Positions 40,034 to 40,774 of a stretch of DNA of 40,774 nt are shown here, in pieces. This DNA comes from Promethearchaeota archaeon. GTDB lineage: Archaea; Asgardarchaeota; Lokiarchaeia; Sigyniarchaeales; SOKP01. The translations under genes and the position numbers were made by a program. The notes under the pieces were generated by a model. The model was not told the DNA's origin. It searched no databases and worked only from the letters and a program-made list of their open reading frames with translations. Each line of letters starts with the position of its first letter. Positions within the stretch are counted from its first letter, which is position 1. Location: assembly GCA_030599585.1 (NCBI GenBank), contig JAUVNS010000027.1, positions 1 through 40,774 of the forward strand, written 5' to 3'.

Positions 40034-40774
40034 GTGGTTTTAATAGAAAATCTTAATTATTTCCCTTTTTTCCCTATAAAACTGGAAAAAGATAAAAAAA
40101 AATATTTAGTTAAAAATCCGGTCAATGGCATTCAATACGAATTAAATCAGGATACATTCAGGCTTTTAAATTTCTGTGATGGGCAACATACTTATTCCGA
40201 GATCATTAGTGAATTAAAACGAATTTATCAAGCTAAACCGAATCGAATTGAATCAAAATCAAAAAAAATCTTAAAAACGCTGAATAAAGATGGTATCCTA
40301 TGGTTGCGTAGAACATCTATGAAAAAATGGCAATTAGCTCCACCAAATACAATCTTCTGGAATTTAACTAATCAATGTAATCTTTCATGTTTCCATTGTG
40401 TTGTTAGCGCAGGTAAATCTCATAAAATGGAATTAGATTTGGATGAATCTTACCGATTAATAGATGAAATCTCAAAATTTGGTGTACAAAACATTATGTT
40501 TACTGGTGGTGAACCTCTACTAGACGATTCAAAATTTTTCAAAATAGCAGAATATGCTAGAAATCATAATTTAAGTCTGCAATTAGCAACTAATGGTACT
40601 TTAATTACAAAAAAAATAGCAATGATGTTAAAAAAACTTAGTTTAAATGTTCATATAAGTCTGGATGGAGCGACGTCTATGGTTCATGATAAAATTCGTC
40701 GAATTTCCGGAGCATGGGAAACAACTATACAAGGAATTAAACATCTTAGAGAATATGATGTACCATTTCTAGTA
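40034..40774 (+). CDS. PqqD/RRE-fused radical SAM enzyme (partial, runs off the window; not in the ORF track)
   Basis: ELNQDTFRLLNFCDGQHTYSEIISELKRIY (PqqD-like), then WNLTNQCNLSCFHC, FTGGEPLL, ATNGTLI, ISLDG..HDKIR. Confidence 0.9.
   Translation, partial: MVLIENLNYFPFFPIKLEKDKKKYLVKNPVNGIQYELNQDTFRLLNFCDGQHTYSEIISELKRIYQAKPNRIESKSKKILKTLNKDGILWLRRTSMKKWQLAPPNTIFWNLTNQCNLSCFHCVVSAGKSHKMELDLDESYRLIDEISKFGVQNIMFTGGEPLLDDSKFFKIAEYARNHNLSLQLATNGTLITKKIAMMLKKLSLNVHISLDGATSMVHDKIRRISGAWETTIQGIKHLREYDVPFLV

Noticed and set aside
1-40774. CRISPR array, integron attC array, IS element or provirus
   Set aside because: No regularly spaced repeats and no transposase, integrase or virion genes recognised

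Overview
AT-rich archaeal DNA, most likely an Asgard (Lokiarchaeota-like) chromosome. This call rests on the nurA-herA-mre11-rad50 operon, several TPR-effector fusions and a Loki-type conserved domain. The left half is a DNA-repair cluster (UvrD/PcrA, YprB-like exonuclease, Rad50, Mre11, HerA, NurA) loaded with accessory genes. An OLD-family nuclease and a stand-alone WYL protein sit inside the operon between nurA and herA, and two TPR-effector genes follow rad50. Orphan, diverged copies of the 3' ends of rad50 (8263-8321) and uvrD (32225-32308) bracket cargo, which suggests gene capture at the 3' ends of repair genes. Also present are an 8x C2H2 zinc-finger/PIN fusion, a frameshifted C5-methyltransferase remnant, a SIR2-TPR-SEC-C/Nmad2/Nmad3 block, a type IIG R-M gene flanked by Abi/HEPN-like genes, a crystallin-like protein and a Zn-phospholipase C-like protein. 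A PqqD(RRE)-radical SAM gene missing from the ORF track runs off the right end. No rRNA, tRNA, CRISPR array, integrase or transposase was recognised. All family calls come from motif recognition by eye, not from database searches.
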